Origin: Callorhinchus milii
Taxonomy: Eukaryota
Direction: 5' to 3'
Assembly: GCF_018977255.1 (NCBI RefSeq)
Contig: NW_024704743.1
Coordinates: 32,738,001-32,802,000, forward strand
DNA length: 64,000 nucleotides
Part shown: one piece after another, positions 1 through 11,397 of the stretch
Layout of the letters: each line of letters opens with the position of its first letter
How positions within the stretch are numbered: the first letter of the stretch is position 1
Translations under genes and position numbers: made by a program
Notes under the pieces: generated by a model
What the model saw: only the letters and a program-made list of their open reading frames with translations
What the model was told of the DNA's origin: nothing
Database searches by the model: none

Positions 1-376
1 AAATGTGAGGATTATTATCAGCATCCCCTTGCTTTAATGCTTCTTTAAATTCCTATTTGAGTTGATACCCTGAATTATCTGTGGAACGAGAGAGCCTTTA
101 TCACTCACTTTTTTTTCCTTACTGCAAAATGTGATTGAAGCCAATCCATCTCAAGTTTGAAAATTTCCCATTGCTAATCTACATGTATTTACCATATTTT
201 TTCTTTGATTTAATCTGAGCCAAATCCAGTTTATACCTAACCTCTATATCCTGTTCTTTGTGATCACACTTGATGAAAGCTACTGATAGAAACCTGATTA
301 CGAGATTGTGCATTAGCTCCACTGAGCGTAAAAGCTTTTTAATTTTTTGAGTTTCCATGTAAACTATGCTATTTTA

Positions 377-581
377 TAATAATAATCCTTGCATTTGATA
401 TAGCGCTTTTCACGTCGGGAGGACGTCCCAAAACGCTTCACAGAACACACTGTAAAGTGAATTGACTGTATATTTGTGGGCGAACGCGGCAGCCAATTGC
501 GCACAGCAATGTCCCACAAACAGTCGTAGATTGAAAATGACCAATTTATTATTGTTTTGGGGTTTTGGAGGGATTATTATT
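377..581 (-). mobile_element. 5'-truncated tRNA-derived Deu-domain SINE (core plus tail)
   Basis: Reverse complement of the 3' part of the SINE at 3439-3772, including the (ATT)n tail. Confidence 0.9.
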
Positions 582-790
582 TTCTAAGCGTCTTGGGGCG
601 CCTCCTGACATGAAAGGTGTTATATAAATGTAAATTTGTATTGTATGCCTGTTTTTAATAGTGAATTAAATACTTATTGATTTTCTCCAATCGCACAAAA
701 TCTACTTCAGAGTCATTAAAAAATTATCTTAAATGTCTTTTTTTTTGATCACAAAATAAAGCCAGTGTAACTTTTCCTTATCTTTCCTAG

Positions 791-904
791 GTGGATGATG
801 ACCCAGTGATGGGCTTTCAGCAGTTGTTTGTTCTGAAAAATATGGACAAAAGATGGATCTGCATGAATGACATGTTTAGATTGGCTTTGCACAACTTTGC
901 GTAG
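791..904 (+). CDS. NUTF2: Last coding exon of a nuclear transport factor 2 (NTF2/NUTF2)-like gene; upstream exons lie outside the window
   Basis: Acceptor tctttcctag at 781-790, then [37 protein letters not shown] (TAG 902-904). Matches the remembered human NUTF2 C-terminus [37 protein letters not shown]. It is diverged, so it may be the paralog (nutf2-like) rather than the ortholog. Confidence 0.9.
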   Translation: MDDDPVMGFQQLFVLKNMDKRWICMNDMFRLALHNFA

Positions 905-1319
905 GCAGGCCTTACGCCTTAGTACTTTTTTCCTTGTTTTTAGTCCATTATTGAATTACAAGAAAGCAATGTATACAAGAAAGCAATATATTCACAAGAA
1001 TGCTGGGCAAAATAATGGGTTGATTTTCTTTGTGAAAAGTATTGCAATCTGCTACATTAAGAAGCTTTTTTCATTTTTTCAATATCCATGTTCCTTACAC
1101 AAGTTTCAGATGCAATGTCAGTTCTGATATTCTGCAAATTGGATGTTATAATACCAACTTCATTTTCTTAAGGGAGAGAGCATTTTAATTTTTTTAAGTA
1201 CATGAACATGGGCTAAAAATATTAACAAATATATTCATAAATGTGATAATGTAACATTATTGAACATTCCAGGTGCTCAAAACATTTGACTGATAATGTA
1301 AAATGTACTTTGCTTTTGG

Positions 1320-1325
1320 AATAAA
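1320..1325 (+). terminator. Candidate polyadenylation signal of the NUTF2-like gene
   Basis: AATAAA ~415 nt after the stop, followed by T-rich sequence. Confidence 0.55.
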
Positions 1326-2426
1326 TGCAGTAAATGTTATTTTTTTCTGAATCTATAAACCTTTAACTGGAAGCAATATAGATATCTCAGTAGCTGTAAA
1401 CAGCAAAACGTTGAAAGCAGAATTCAAGTTCTGGGTGGAATTCAGGACTAGGCTTTTTCAGTGTAAATCTAGTTCCTCTGTCCTTTCTCTGTATCCCTTA
1501 ATATCTTTATTTACCAGGTATCTATCTGTTACCCTTTTAAATGTCCTAATTGATTCTGTCTCCACCACCTCTGACAGCAAATTGAATGTTTTCGTAACCC
1601 TCTATTCCAAAAAAAAATTCTAAACTTTTCTATGTAATTTTAAGCCCTCTAGGTTAGATCCCTCTACCAGAGGCAAGAGGGATTACTTATCGATTTCCTT
1701 CATTATTTCAGAACACCTCATTCTGATCCCCCCTCAAACTCTTGTCTCCAAATATAATTACTTTATTTAGCCTTTGATTATAGCTGGACCTCTTTGTCCT
1801 GATATTAATTTAATCATCACCCTTCAAGCCTAATGAATTCTTCCAAAAATTAGGTGTCCAGACCATTAAATGGAGTTATTGATAGTAGTGTAGTGCACGA
1901 AGCACTCAGTTGTTTGGAGATTAAATGATTGGTGGTGGGGGGGAGAGAATTCAAAAGGAGTTGTTCAAATATGAAAGAGCAATAACATGACAGGAAGAAA
2001 CATTTGAGACATTTAAGGCATTAAACTGATTTTCCATTCTGCCTGTTCAAATGGAGTTAATTAGCATTATTTGTAAAGAAAAGGGTGTTTCTCTGAATCA
2101 CAACAACAACAAGATTACATTTGTATAGCGCCTTTGTGAGCTGGGGAGGCAAAATACTGCAGATGCTGGGAATCTGAAATAAAAATAGAAGTTGCTGGGA
2201 ACACTCAGCAGGTCGAGCCACATTTATGGAGAGAGGAAAGTGAATTAACATTTCAGGTCGATGATCTGAAACTTCAGTTTCCCCTCATGTTTGGGCCAAC
2301 AATTCTGTAGATAAAAATGATCCTTCACTTCATGTTTGTTAGTAAATTGTCGACGTAGTTTGCCTATACTCCCTACACTGCAGTAAAATTCTGTGAAGGA
2401 CTTTGATACATTTTGTTTATATGAAA

Positions 2427-2945
2427 ACGAGTTTGAGGATCTTGAAATCAATCCATTCGTGATAAGGAGCCAGTGGAGCCTGGCTAGAACTGGGGTACGG
2501 AGTTTAGTCTGGATGAGTATGCGGAGGGTGGCGGAGTTTTGGATTAGCTGGATCCTGTGCATGGTGGATCTGGGGAGACCAGTGAGGAGGGCAATTCAAA
2601 TGTCAAGTCAGGAGGTGACGAACGCAAGGACGAGTGTTTCGGCTGCTTTTGGGGTAAGATAAGATCGGAGACAGGCAATGTGGCAAGGGTGGAGGAAGGC
2701 AGGGACCAGATGTGGCAAAGGAAGTACAGCTGTGGGTCGAACCTGACGCCTAGGTTCCCAACCGGTTCTGTGAGCCTGAGGGAGAGGCAGGGGACATTGA
2801 GGAGGTCAAAGCCGCAGGTCAGAAGACATTGACGGGAGCCAAGGAGGATGGCTTCTGTCTTGTTGATATTCAGTTTGCGCTCATCCAGGCCCTGATGTCT
2901 TCCAGACAAGCTCCTGGAGGCAAAGTAGGTTTGTGTCATCCACAA
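2427..2945 (-). mobile_element. L2-clade LINE fragment (RT C-terminal region), decayed
   Basis: Minus-strand translations LNINKTEAILLGSRQ, NLGVRFDPQL and [15 protein letters not shown] resemble the L2 copy at 20989-21972. Confidence 0.85.
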
Positions 2946-3438
2946 ACATGTGGAAGTTTACCCCATGTTTAACCCTAATAACTTGACCCTGAATTAATTT
3001 GCCAGAACTATTTAACTCCACATGCTGTCAATCTCCTGGCCACATTTATACATATGCCTAACTCGTCACTCCTGACAACTCGTTATTGAGCCCTTTCCCC
3101 TTGAAGTGATGAGTTATCAGTAGTTTACTGTACGAGTCCCCCTCCTAATAATGCACATTTCCCGTCATTGTTTTCTCCACACATTCGATGGCAGCCACGT
3201 TCTCTCCAAACTCTTGTGTGAAGATTTTTTTTTGAAATCTTACAAACATTCACAAGCTTCCAAGCCCAAAGCTGGGGGTGAGGTGGGGGTGATGAAGGTG
3301 AATTTACATTCCCCCCCCCCCCCGCCCCCCGCAAATGTGGTCGCTGAATCCACGACCGTTCGTGGGACCCCGCTGTGCGCAATTGGCTGCCGCGTTTCGC
3401 CCACAAACGTCCGGTCAATTCACTTTACAGTCTATTTG

Positions 3439-3772
3439 GTGGAGTCCTGTAGCTCAGTGGTTAGAGCACTCGCTTTGCAAGTGAGAGACCTGAGTTCAAT
3501 TCCAGGCAGAGGGCGAAACCTTGGGCAAGTTTCCTTACTCCACACAGAGCCCTAATAATAATCCCTCCAAAACCAAAAAAAAACAATAATTAATTGGTCA
3601 TTTTCAATCTACGACTGTTTGTGGGACATTGCTGTGTGCAATTGGCTGCCGCGTTCGCCCACAAATATACAGTCAATTCACTTTACAGTGTGTCCTGTGA
3701 AGCGCTTTGGGACGTCCTCCCGACGTGAAAAGCGCTATATCAAATGCAAGGATTATTATTATTATTATTATT
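3439..3772 (+). mobile_element. Full-length young tRNA-derived SINE with Deu-like core and L2-derived tail (short variant)
   Basis: tRNA-like head with A box TAGCTCAGTGG, B box GAGTTCAATTCC and TGC anticodon-like loop; core tgtttgtgggacattgctgtg..aattggctgccgcg; tail gcgctttgggacgtcctcccgacgtgaaaagcgctatatcaaatgcaagg(ATT)n. Near-identical copies at 6145 and 35282. Confidence 0.92.
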
Positions 3773-3904
3773 TCTGCGAAGCGCTTTGAGACGTCGAGAA
3801 GGACCTGATCAGAAGGCGCTGTATCAAATTGCGAGGATTATTTATTATGACTATGGTACCAAAGGCAAGAATGATTATTATGGCGATGGATATTATTTGG
3901 GGAG

Positions 3905-4720
3905 GGGGTCCATTGGCGGTTATGCAAATTAGGGGGCGGCACGTCACTTCCGCCGGGCGGGAAGCGGGCGGGTGGGCGCCATTTTGTGGCTGTTGAGGTG
4001 CCGGTGATCGACTGAACTTTAATTTCCCCCCATTTCTCCCCCCAGTTCTTTGGGGCTGTTTTTAAACTGTAAACATACAACGGTACGTGTTCAAGGAGAA
4101 GCGTGAAATAGTTTCGTCGCGGACAGCGGTGTGTGTGTGTGTCTGTGTGTGTGTGTGCGCGCGGGGCTGAGCTGAGCTGATGCCGGGAAAACGTGCCGCC
4201 GCCGCCGCCGCCGCGAGCGCCAACCGCCCACTCGGTGCCGCCAAGAAGCGGAGAGTGGCTGCCGCCCGCCAGCCCGAGCGGCACCGGGCAGCCCTCCTCC
4301 TCCCCCCCCCCCACCCCGCGGGGGATGGGGCCCCCGCCTCGTCCACGACGCGCAGCAGCAGCAGCAGCGGCGGCGGCGGCAGCAACAACAACAACAACAA
4401 CGGCAGCAGCAACAACAATAACGGCCGCCGGGGTCGGGGTCGGCCGCGCAAAGTGGTGACCGCGCCGGAGAGGAAGAGGCGGCGGCGGACACCGAGCCCA
4501 GGTGAGGCCGGCGCGGCTCTGAGCTGCCGTCATCCACACCGTCCGTCCACTCACTCACTCACTCACTCTCTCTCTCCGCTCTGCGCCGCACGGGCAGGTG
4601 ATGCCACCCCCCCCCCACCCCGTTTATAACGCTGTGCCCCCGCTTATACACCGCTTATCGTTCATTGGCCGCCGCGCTTCTCGCCCACAAAACGTGCGGT
4701 CAGTCCCGAGCACTTCACAC
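3905..4720 (+). promoter_or_regulatory. CpG-island promoter and first exon of ADNP2 copy A
   Basis: CpG-dense island. ATTGG 3912-3916, octamer ATGCAAAT 3922-3929, GC box, CACGTCACTTCCG (CRE/ETS composite) 3940-3952, YY1-type GCGCCATTTTG 3976-3986. The same motif order occurs at 27433-27502. Confidence 0.88.
4180..4501 (+). CDS. Putative novel first coding exon of ADNP2 copy A: low-complexity N-terminus with AT-hook (GRRGRGRPRK, 4423-4452) and basic NLS-like clusters
   Basis: ATG 4180 stays open to the donor CCAG|GTGAGG after 4501 (phase 1). Splicing to the acceptor at 11398 reads G|GA ACA ACA AAT TTG CAT..., in frame with the ADNP2-homologous exon. Kozak context is weak and there is no transcript evidence. 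Confidence 0.5.
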
Positions 4721-5150
4721 GACGTAACGATACCGTTAATTCTGTGAAGCGCTCTGTGCGTCTCATCCGCGGGACCAGGCGCAATAATAAGGATTATTAT
4801 TATTATTATTGTTATTAATATCAGATGCAAGGATTATTATTATTAATATCAGACGCAAGGATTATTATTAATATCAGGTGCAAGGATTATTATTATGAAG
4901 TCCCACACATGTGTGACCTGACGTGCTGGTGGCGGAGGGGAGGGGGTGCAGTTGCACCTCACACATCTGACCTACAATGAACAGTTAATTGATGGTGCTC
5001 ATGGGAGTACCCCCTTTTTAATGCCTCCTCAGTATCGACGCCGTTTAATTGACTCATCTCCCTCCTGATTGACGCAGTGTAGTCTTGATTCTCATTTTCA
5101 CCCTAATTCACCTTGCAAAACTGTTGCTGGAAAACCTCAGAAGACCCATA

Positions 5151-5485
5151 TGGAGTCCTGTAGCTCAGTGGTTAGAGCGCTCGCCTCGCAAGCGAGAGAC
5201 CTGGGTTCGATTCCTGGCAGGGCGAAATGTTGGGCAAGTTTCCTTACTCCACATTCCTCTGTTTATCTAGCGGTAAGTAGGAACCTGGTTGTTGGTCGAT
5301 TGGCGGATCACTTTTCTGGGGGTAATGATTCCTTAAAAAAAAATTGGTCACTCAATCCACGACTGTTTGTGGTTCACTGCTGTGCGCAGTTGGCTGCCGC
5401 GTTTCGCCCACAAAATATACAGTCAATTTACAGTATATTCTGTGAAGCACTTTGAGATGTCTCGAAGACATGAAAAGATGCTATA
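5151..5485 (+). mobile_element. tRNA-derived Deu SINE, long variant with extra internal segment
   Basis: Same head and core as 3439-3772, plus the insert ctctgtttatctagcggtaagtaggaacctggttgttggtcgattggcggatc. Confidence 0.85.
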
Positions 5486-6144
5486 ATAATAATAATCCTT
5501 GCATTTGATATAGCGCTTTTAGTATTAATATAACCACCAATCATAACAAGGTGGTCAGTCGGTATGTAGACCATTGCTTTGGCCAAGCAACCCAATTTCA
5601 GAATTATAGGAAAACAGGAACCGGAGATCATCCAGTCTATACATGCTCTTCATTATTAAAAGTCGGTTATCTATTTGAAAAGGCAACTAAAACAGTCAAA
5701 TATGTTTTTTGTTGCTGAAAGAATGGGAGAAGCTGTTGTGATTTGGTGGTTCAAGAAATTGTTGGTCTTGGGGATTTTGAAGTCTGAGCTGAAATTGAGC
5801 TGGTATCTGCCTGCAATGGAGCTTGCATACAATGGTTCTCCCCACTGAGAGAGCTGCATTTATAGCTAGCCAGCAATGAACTATGGCATATACAGTAAAC
5901 TACTTATAACACGTCACTCCAAGGGTGGAAAAAGGGTTCAGTGACAAGTTATTTAGAATGGCGAGTTCAGCATATGTAAAAAATACTTAAATGTAGCCTG
6001 GATATTGACAGCGTGATGACTTAAAATGATAGTGACAAATTGAGCTAAGGTTGAATTATCAGGACTTTACTGTATATAAATCAGTTAATGTAGTTTCATG
6101 CTTATTTTTATCTGCATAACTGCTTAAATGTTGTTGTACCTGTT

Positions 6145-6462
6145 GTGGAGTCCTGTAGCTCAGTGGTTAGAGCACTCGCTTTGCAAGTGAGAGACCTGAG
6201 TTCAATTCCAGGCAGAGGGCGAAACCTTGGGCAAGTTTCCTTACTCCACACAGAGCCTAATAATAATCCCTCCAAAACAAAACAATAATAAATCGGTCAT
6301 TTTCAATCTGTTTGTGGGACATTGCTGTGCGCAATTGGCTGCCGCGTTCGCCCACAAATATACAGTCAATTCACTTTACAGTCTATTCTGTGAAGCGCTT
6401 TGGGACGTCCTCCCGACGTGAAAAGCGCTATATCAAATGCAAGGATTATTATTATTATTATT
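6145..6462 (+). mobile_element. Full-length young SINE (short variant)
   Basis: Near-identical to 3439-3772. Confidence 0.92.
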
Positions 6463-6818
6463 ACAGAGCTATTGTTTTGGTGATTTTACAAACCTGGTTT
6501 AATGTTTTGGGGAAAACTGCTGTCAGGGTACATTTAGAAATAATTTCTTTAAAACACAAGGTTCATTCACAACTTTGAGATTGAAAATATTTCACTGACT
6601 TTGGACCGCATTGCACAGCCTACAAGGTGTTTGTCATATAGTTATAAAAAGGGACTGAGAGTGTGCATTGGAGTACTGCTGGAGTTTAGGAGCTAAACCC
6701 ATATATCTTGCCACTGAGTGCAAGCTGCCTGGCAGCTAAGGACCCTGTTAGGGTTTTGGTGTAGGATTAACAGAAGATGAGTGGTAAGAATCCCTGTTCC
6801 CAGTTCTATTGTGGTATC

Positions 6819-7118
6819 GTGGAATCCTGTAGCTCAGCGGTTAGAGCACTCGCCTCGCAAGTGAGAGACCTGGGTTCGGTTCCCGGGCAGGGCGAAACAT
6901 TGGGCAAGTTTCCTTACTTCACACCCCTCTGGTTATCAGCAAGTCGGAACCTGGTTGTTAGTCGATTGGGAGATCGCTTTTCCGGGGGTAATAATAAATT
7001 GGTCACTCAATCCACGACTATTTGTGGGACAATGCTGTGCACAATTGGCTGCTGCATTTTGCCCACAAAATATACAGTCAATTCACTTTACAGTATATTC
7101 TGTGAAGCGCTTTGAGAC
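6819..7118 (+). mobile_element. SINE, long variant, tail truncated
   Basis: tRNA head, internal insert and Deu-like core. Confidence 0.85.
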
Positions 7119-7149
7119 ATTGCCCGCCTCTGACTATGCCTTACGCCAA

Positions 7150-9505
7150 ATGCAGCTGAAATTCTTGTGCATGTGATTGTCACCTCCCGCTTGGATTACT
7201 CCAACACACTCCTCGCCGGTCTCCCCAGCTCCACCATTCAAAAGATCCAACTCATTCAGAACTCTGCCGTCCACATACTGACCCTCACCGAACTCCGTAC
7301 TCGCATCTCACCATTTCTGGCCAGGCTCTCCTGGCTCTTCATCACCGAACGGATCAACTTCAAGATCCACACACGTGTTCAAATCCATTCACTCCCTGGC
7401 ACCTCCCTACCTATATGAGCTCTTCACTCCTCAATCCACCACTCAGTGCCTCCGTTCAACTGGCACCGGCCTCCCACTTGTCCCTCGCATCCTCCGCTCT
7501 ACTATTGGAGGTTGCACTTTCAGCCACTATGCCTTGAAACTCTGGAACACTCTTCTTCAATCCCTCCGGCTTGCCCTGACTCTCCCCTTTTTCAAGTCTT
7601 GCCTGAAAACTTACCTCTTCGACTGTGCTTACAGCCACCTTCCCCTCCCCCAGCTCGGAGACAGGCTCCGCCACTGTTAAGCGTTCTTGAGACGCTACCC
7701 TGCGTGGAGGTTGCTATATAACCAGACTTCGGGACCACATCACTCCCACCCTCGCTCGCCTCCACTGGCTCCCCATCCCCCAGAGGATTGATTTCAAGAT
7801 CCTCATCCTCACCTACAAGGCCATTCACGGCCTTGCTCCCTCCTACCTCTCCAACCTACTATTCCCTCCCTACCTGCCCGTACCCTCCGTTCCTCTGGCT
7901 CCGGTCTGCTCCACACCCCCGCCCCAACCGCCCTACCATCGGTGGTCGGGCCTTCAGCCTCTCAGCCCCGAGGCTCTGGAACTCCATCCCCCAGTGCCTT
8001 CGCCGCCTCCTCCCTTTCCTCCTTCAAGGCCGGTCTCAAGACCTTTCTCTGACCAACGGTCAGTGCCTTCAGCTCCCCTCTCGACTCTCTTCCCCCTTCT
8101 CGCTCCCTCCCTTCCCTCCCCTCACCCTGACCATTTCCCCCCTCCTCGCTCCCTCTCTTCCCTCCCCTAACCCTGACCATTTCCCCCCTGCTCGGGTCAT
8201 GACCCAACTGTGCAGCGCCTTGGGACGTCCTCCTGACGTGAAAGGCGCTTTATAAATGGAATCTTGTTGTTGTTGTGTTGTAAGTGCAAGTAGTTGTCTT
8301 GAATACATGATAAGGCACTATATCAAATGCAAGGATTATTATTATTATATCCTTGCAGAATATAAGATGTAAGATTCACATGAGGTTACAGCCTGGCACG
8401 TCATTTTGTAGTTCTAAAGCAGAGTTGTAAAGAAATCAAAAATTTTAGTATGTACAGCTTAAGTTTCCTTCATTTATTAAAGTGCAGTCAACGTCTTCTT
8501 GTGGGTCTGAACTGCTCGACCTCCCCGGGCTCTTCCCTCAGACTCACCAAACCTGTAACTTAGGCGTCAAGTTCAGTCCGGAGCTTTCCTATCTACCTCA
8601 CAACCATTCGCTGACCAGGACTGCTTTTTTCCACCTCTGTCACATGACCCACCTACATCCATACCTCACAACAAAAGCAGCTGAAACTCTCATCCATGCC
8701 TTCGTCATTTCCTGGCTGGACTATTCCAATGCCCCCCTCGCAGGTCTCCTCAGCTACACAATACCCAAAATATAATTCAGGACTCTGCCTCCTGGATTCT
8801 GACCCGCACAAAACTCCATAACCCCATCACACCAGTCCTTGCCAGGCTCCCCTGGCTCCCAATTACTGAATGGATTGATTTCAAGATCCTCTCACTTGTT
8901 TTCAAATCCCTTCATGCGCTCGCACCTCCCTACCTATTCGATTTGCTTATCCCCCACTCCCCCACCCGTTGCTTTTGCTCGGCTGCCTCCAGCCTCCTGT
9001 TTTTCCCTCTTCTCCTCCGTTCCACCATCGGTGGCTGTGCCTTCAGCCACTATGCCTCGAAACTCTGGAACTCTTATCCTCAATCCCTCTGCCTTGCCCG
9101 CTTCTTCTCCTCTTTTAGATCATGAATGAAGACCTTCCTCTTCGACCGTGCTTACGGCCCTTTCCTCCCTCCACCCCCCCCCCCCACTTGGTGTCATTCT
9201 CCACAGCACTGTTAAGCGCTCAGACATTGCACTGTGAAGGTTGCTTTATAAATGCCTTTTGTTGCTGGTAAATCTTTTCTGAATAGTTTTTAAAGGAGAG
9301 CAGTGTCTAGAAGGAATGTTCTTTGTTCAAAGTACCCCTTTGAACTTCCCACTTTCAAATCCTGCCTAAAAACCTTACATTTTGGTCGTGCTTACGGCCA
9401 CCTACCCCCTCCCTGTCCCCCTGGCTCGGGGTCAGACTCCACCACTGTCAAGCGCTCCAGGCGGAAACCCCGCGTGAAAGGAGCTATATAAATGCAAGGT
9501 GTTGT
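7150..9505 (+). mobile_element. Cluster of 5'-truncated L2 LINE fragments (about 7150-7720, 7723-8275, 8500-9265, 9340-9505)
   Basis: Translations [39 protein letters not shown] and FKSCLKTYLF; 3' tails ending gtgaaaggcgct..taaatg..(GTT)n. Confidence 0.85.
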
Positions 9506-11397
9506 TAACGTTCTGCGATCTGTATAAAAGTGCAGGATAAATAAGCCTTTGAAATTCGGTTTGTGTTTCCAACTCTCAAGTATTTTAGTAAGCAAGAAGT
9601 GTATTGCTAAAATGCAATTAAAGCAATACAAATTGTGTATTTCTATTATTATATTGAACCAAATGAATACAAGTTTTATTTATTGCCGTTCTCCCCACAG
9701 ATGAGTGAATGAAGATTGGTGGAAACTAATGATGAGCTTGTAACTCTTAAATCTGACAAAGGTGCCATTTAAAAATGTTGTTTGAACATTGTGATTATTA
9801 AATATTATTTTTCAAAATATTGTCAGGCTTGATGGGGATAAATAATAGGGTATTGAGCATTTAAAAAAATTGTTTGTGTTAAATTTCCATGTATCCTTAG
9901 ATTGCACTGCCTTCTGTGCAAGAGCCTGATGATGATGATGATGGTAATAATAATAATAATAATCCCTCAAGAAAAAAATAATAAATTGGTCACTTCAATC
10001 CACAACTGTTTGTGGGACATTGCTGTGCGCAATTGGCTGCTGCGTTTTGCCCACAAATATACAGTCAATTCACTTCACAGTATATTCTGAAAAGCGCTAC
10101 ATTAAATGCAAGGATTATTATTATTATTATTGGCAGCCTGTTCTCAATAGTTGCCAGGACTATGTTGAGCCCCTCTACGCAGCAGCGTGGCTGAGAATAA
10201 GATGTTCTAATTTTTAAAATATTTTTATAGTTTTTCTAATCACTATTTCTTTAATTTTTATTTCTAAATCCCAAACTGATAGCAAAACTCCCATCCATGA
10301 AATTATTTGAAATTTTAAGAATTATAATAATATCTGAATTTGATGTAGAACCTTTCGTATCAGGGGACATCTTAAAGCACTTCAAACGATTTACTGTAAA
10401 GTGTTTATTTTGCAGGTGAACAAGGCAACCAATTTGCTCACAGCAACATCCTACAATGAGCCATTAGTTGAATGGCTTTTTTTTGCAATGTTGTTGACCA
10501 GAACAATGGGAGAAACTCCCAACGGGCATAAATCAGACTTCAATTTAATGCCTCGTTTGAAGGATGGCACCTCTGACAATGCACCCCTTTTGAGTTTAAG
10601 TACTCGAGCCTTTTTTGTGTTCGACAAATTGTACATTTTTTGTTAAAGGTTCACTTAGGGTTGTCAATATTTTCAATCAGGGTAGCCAGAGTTGGATTAG
10701 TGGGACATGGGATGGATCAATATAAATTGTGCTTCATTATCTTTTATCAAGGGGTATCTGTACTATACAATATTTTTCTCCTAAAGATAGATAGCGAGTA
10801 AGGCGAAATCAATAATTAGAGAGGTTTTTCATGGCAGGGAAGGGAACCCTCTGGATTTCAGTGGTCTCTCATTCCATTTTTTATTCTTATGAATGCGAGA
10901 TGGAAATTAAATATTGAATTCTTTATCTAAACTGGATCAACCTAAATTAATATGCCATTTGAATGTAGTATGGATTACTAAGAAATATATTTTTGAGATT
11001 TGTGCTCATTAACAAGCAATTGTGTGGGTGATGGAAGATTACTGACAGCTATTTTCAGCCACACACAGTATAAATAAATTAAATTTTATCGCATCACTGC
11101 CATAGTGACATACCTTCAAGTTAACATTGGCAAGCAATTCCTGCTACTTGGTGTAAACAACACTGTTTCCCATGAGAGGAATTTTTGAAAATTCTCTGAA
11201 TGAGTTTGTCAAAATATATTGTGTTGTAGAAACTGGATCATTATTACTTCAGATAAAAGGATGGTGGTTTAACCTTTGCATGATGCATGTACGTTTATTC
11301 TCTATGTAGACTAAAAGAATGGCAGAACAATAGGTCCTCCTCCTGTAGATTAATATGATCTCCTGTTTTATTTAAATGATTTTCTCTGTTTGCATAG

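Noticed and set aside
867..1127. 86-aa ORF overlapping the NUTF2-like exon
   Set aside because: Out-of-frame reading running into the 3' UTR, no homology recognised
3439..3515. tRNA-Ala(TGC)-like sequences (also 5151, 6145, 6819, 35282, 57083)
   Set aside because: They are SINE heads, always followed by SINE core and tail, with no proper acceptor stem; not tRNA genes
3838..4558. Minus-strand ORFs of 238, 155 and 129 aa over the CpG island
   Set aside because: Low-complexity antisense readings of GC-rich triplet repeats with no recognisable domain or splice logic
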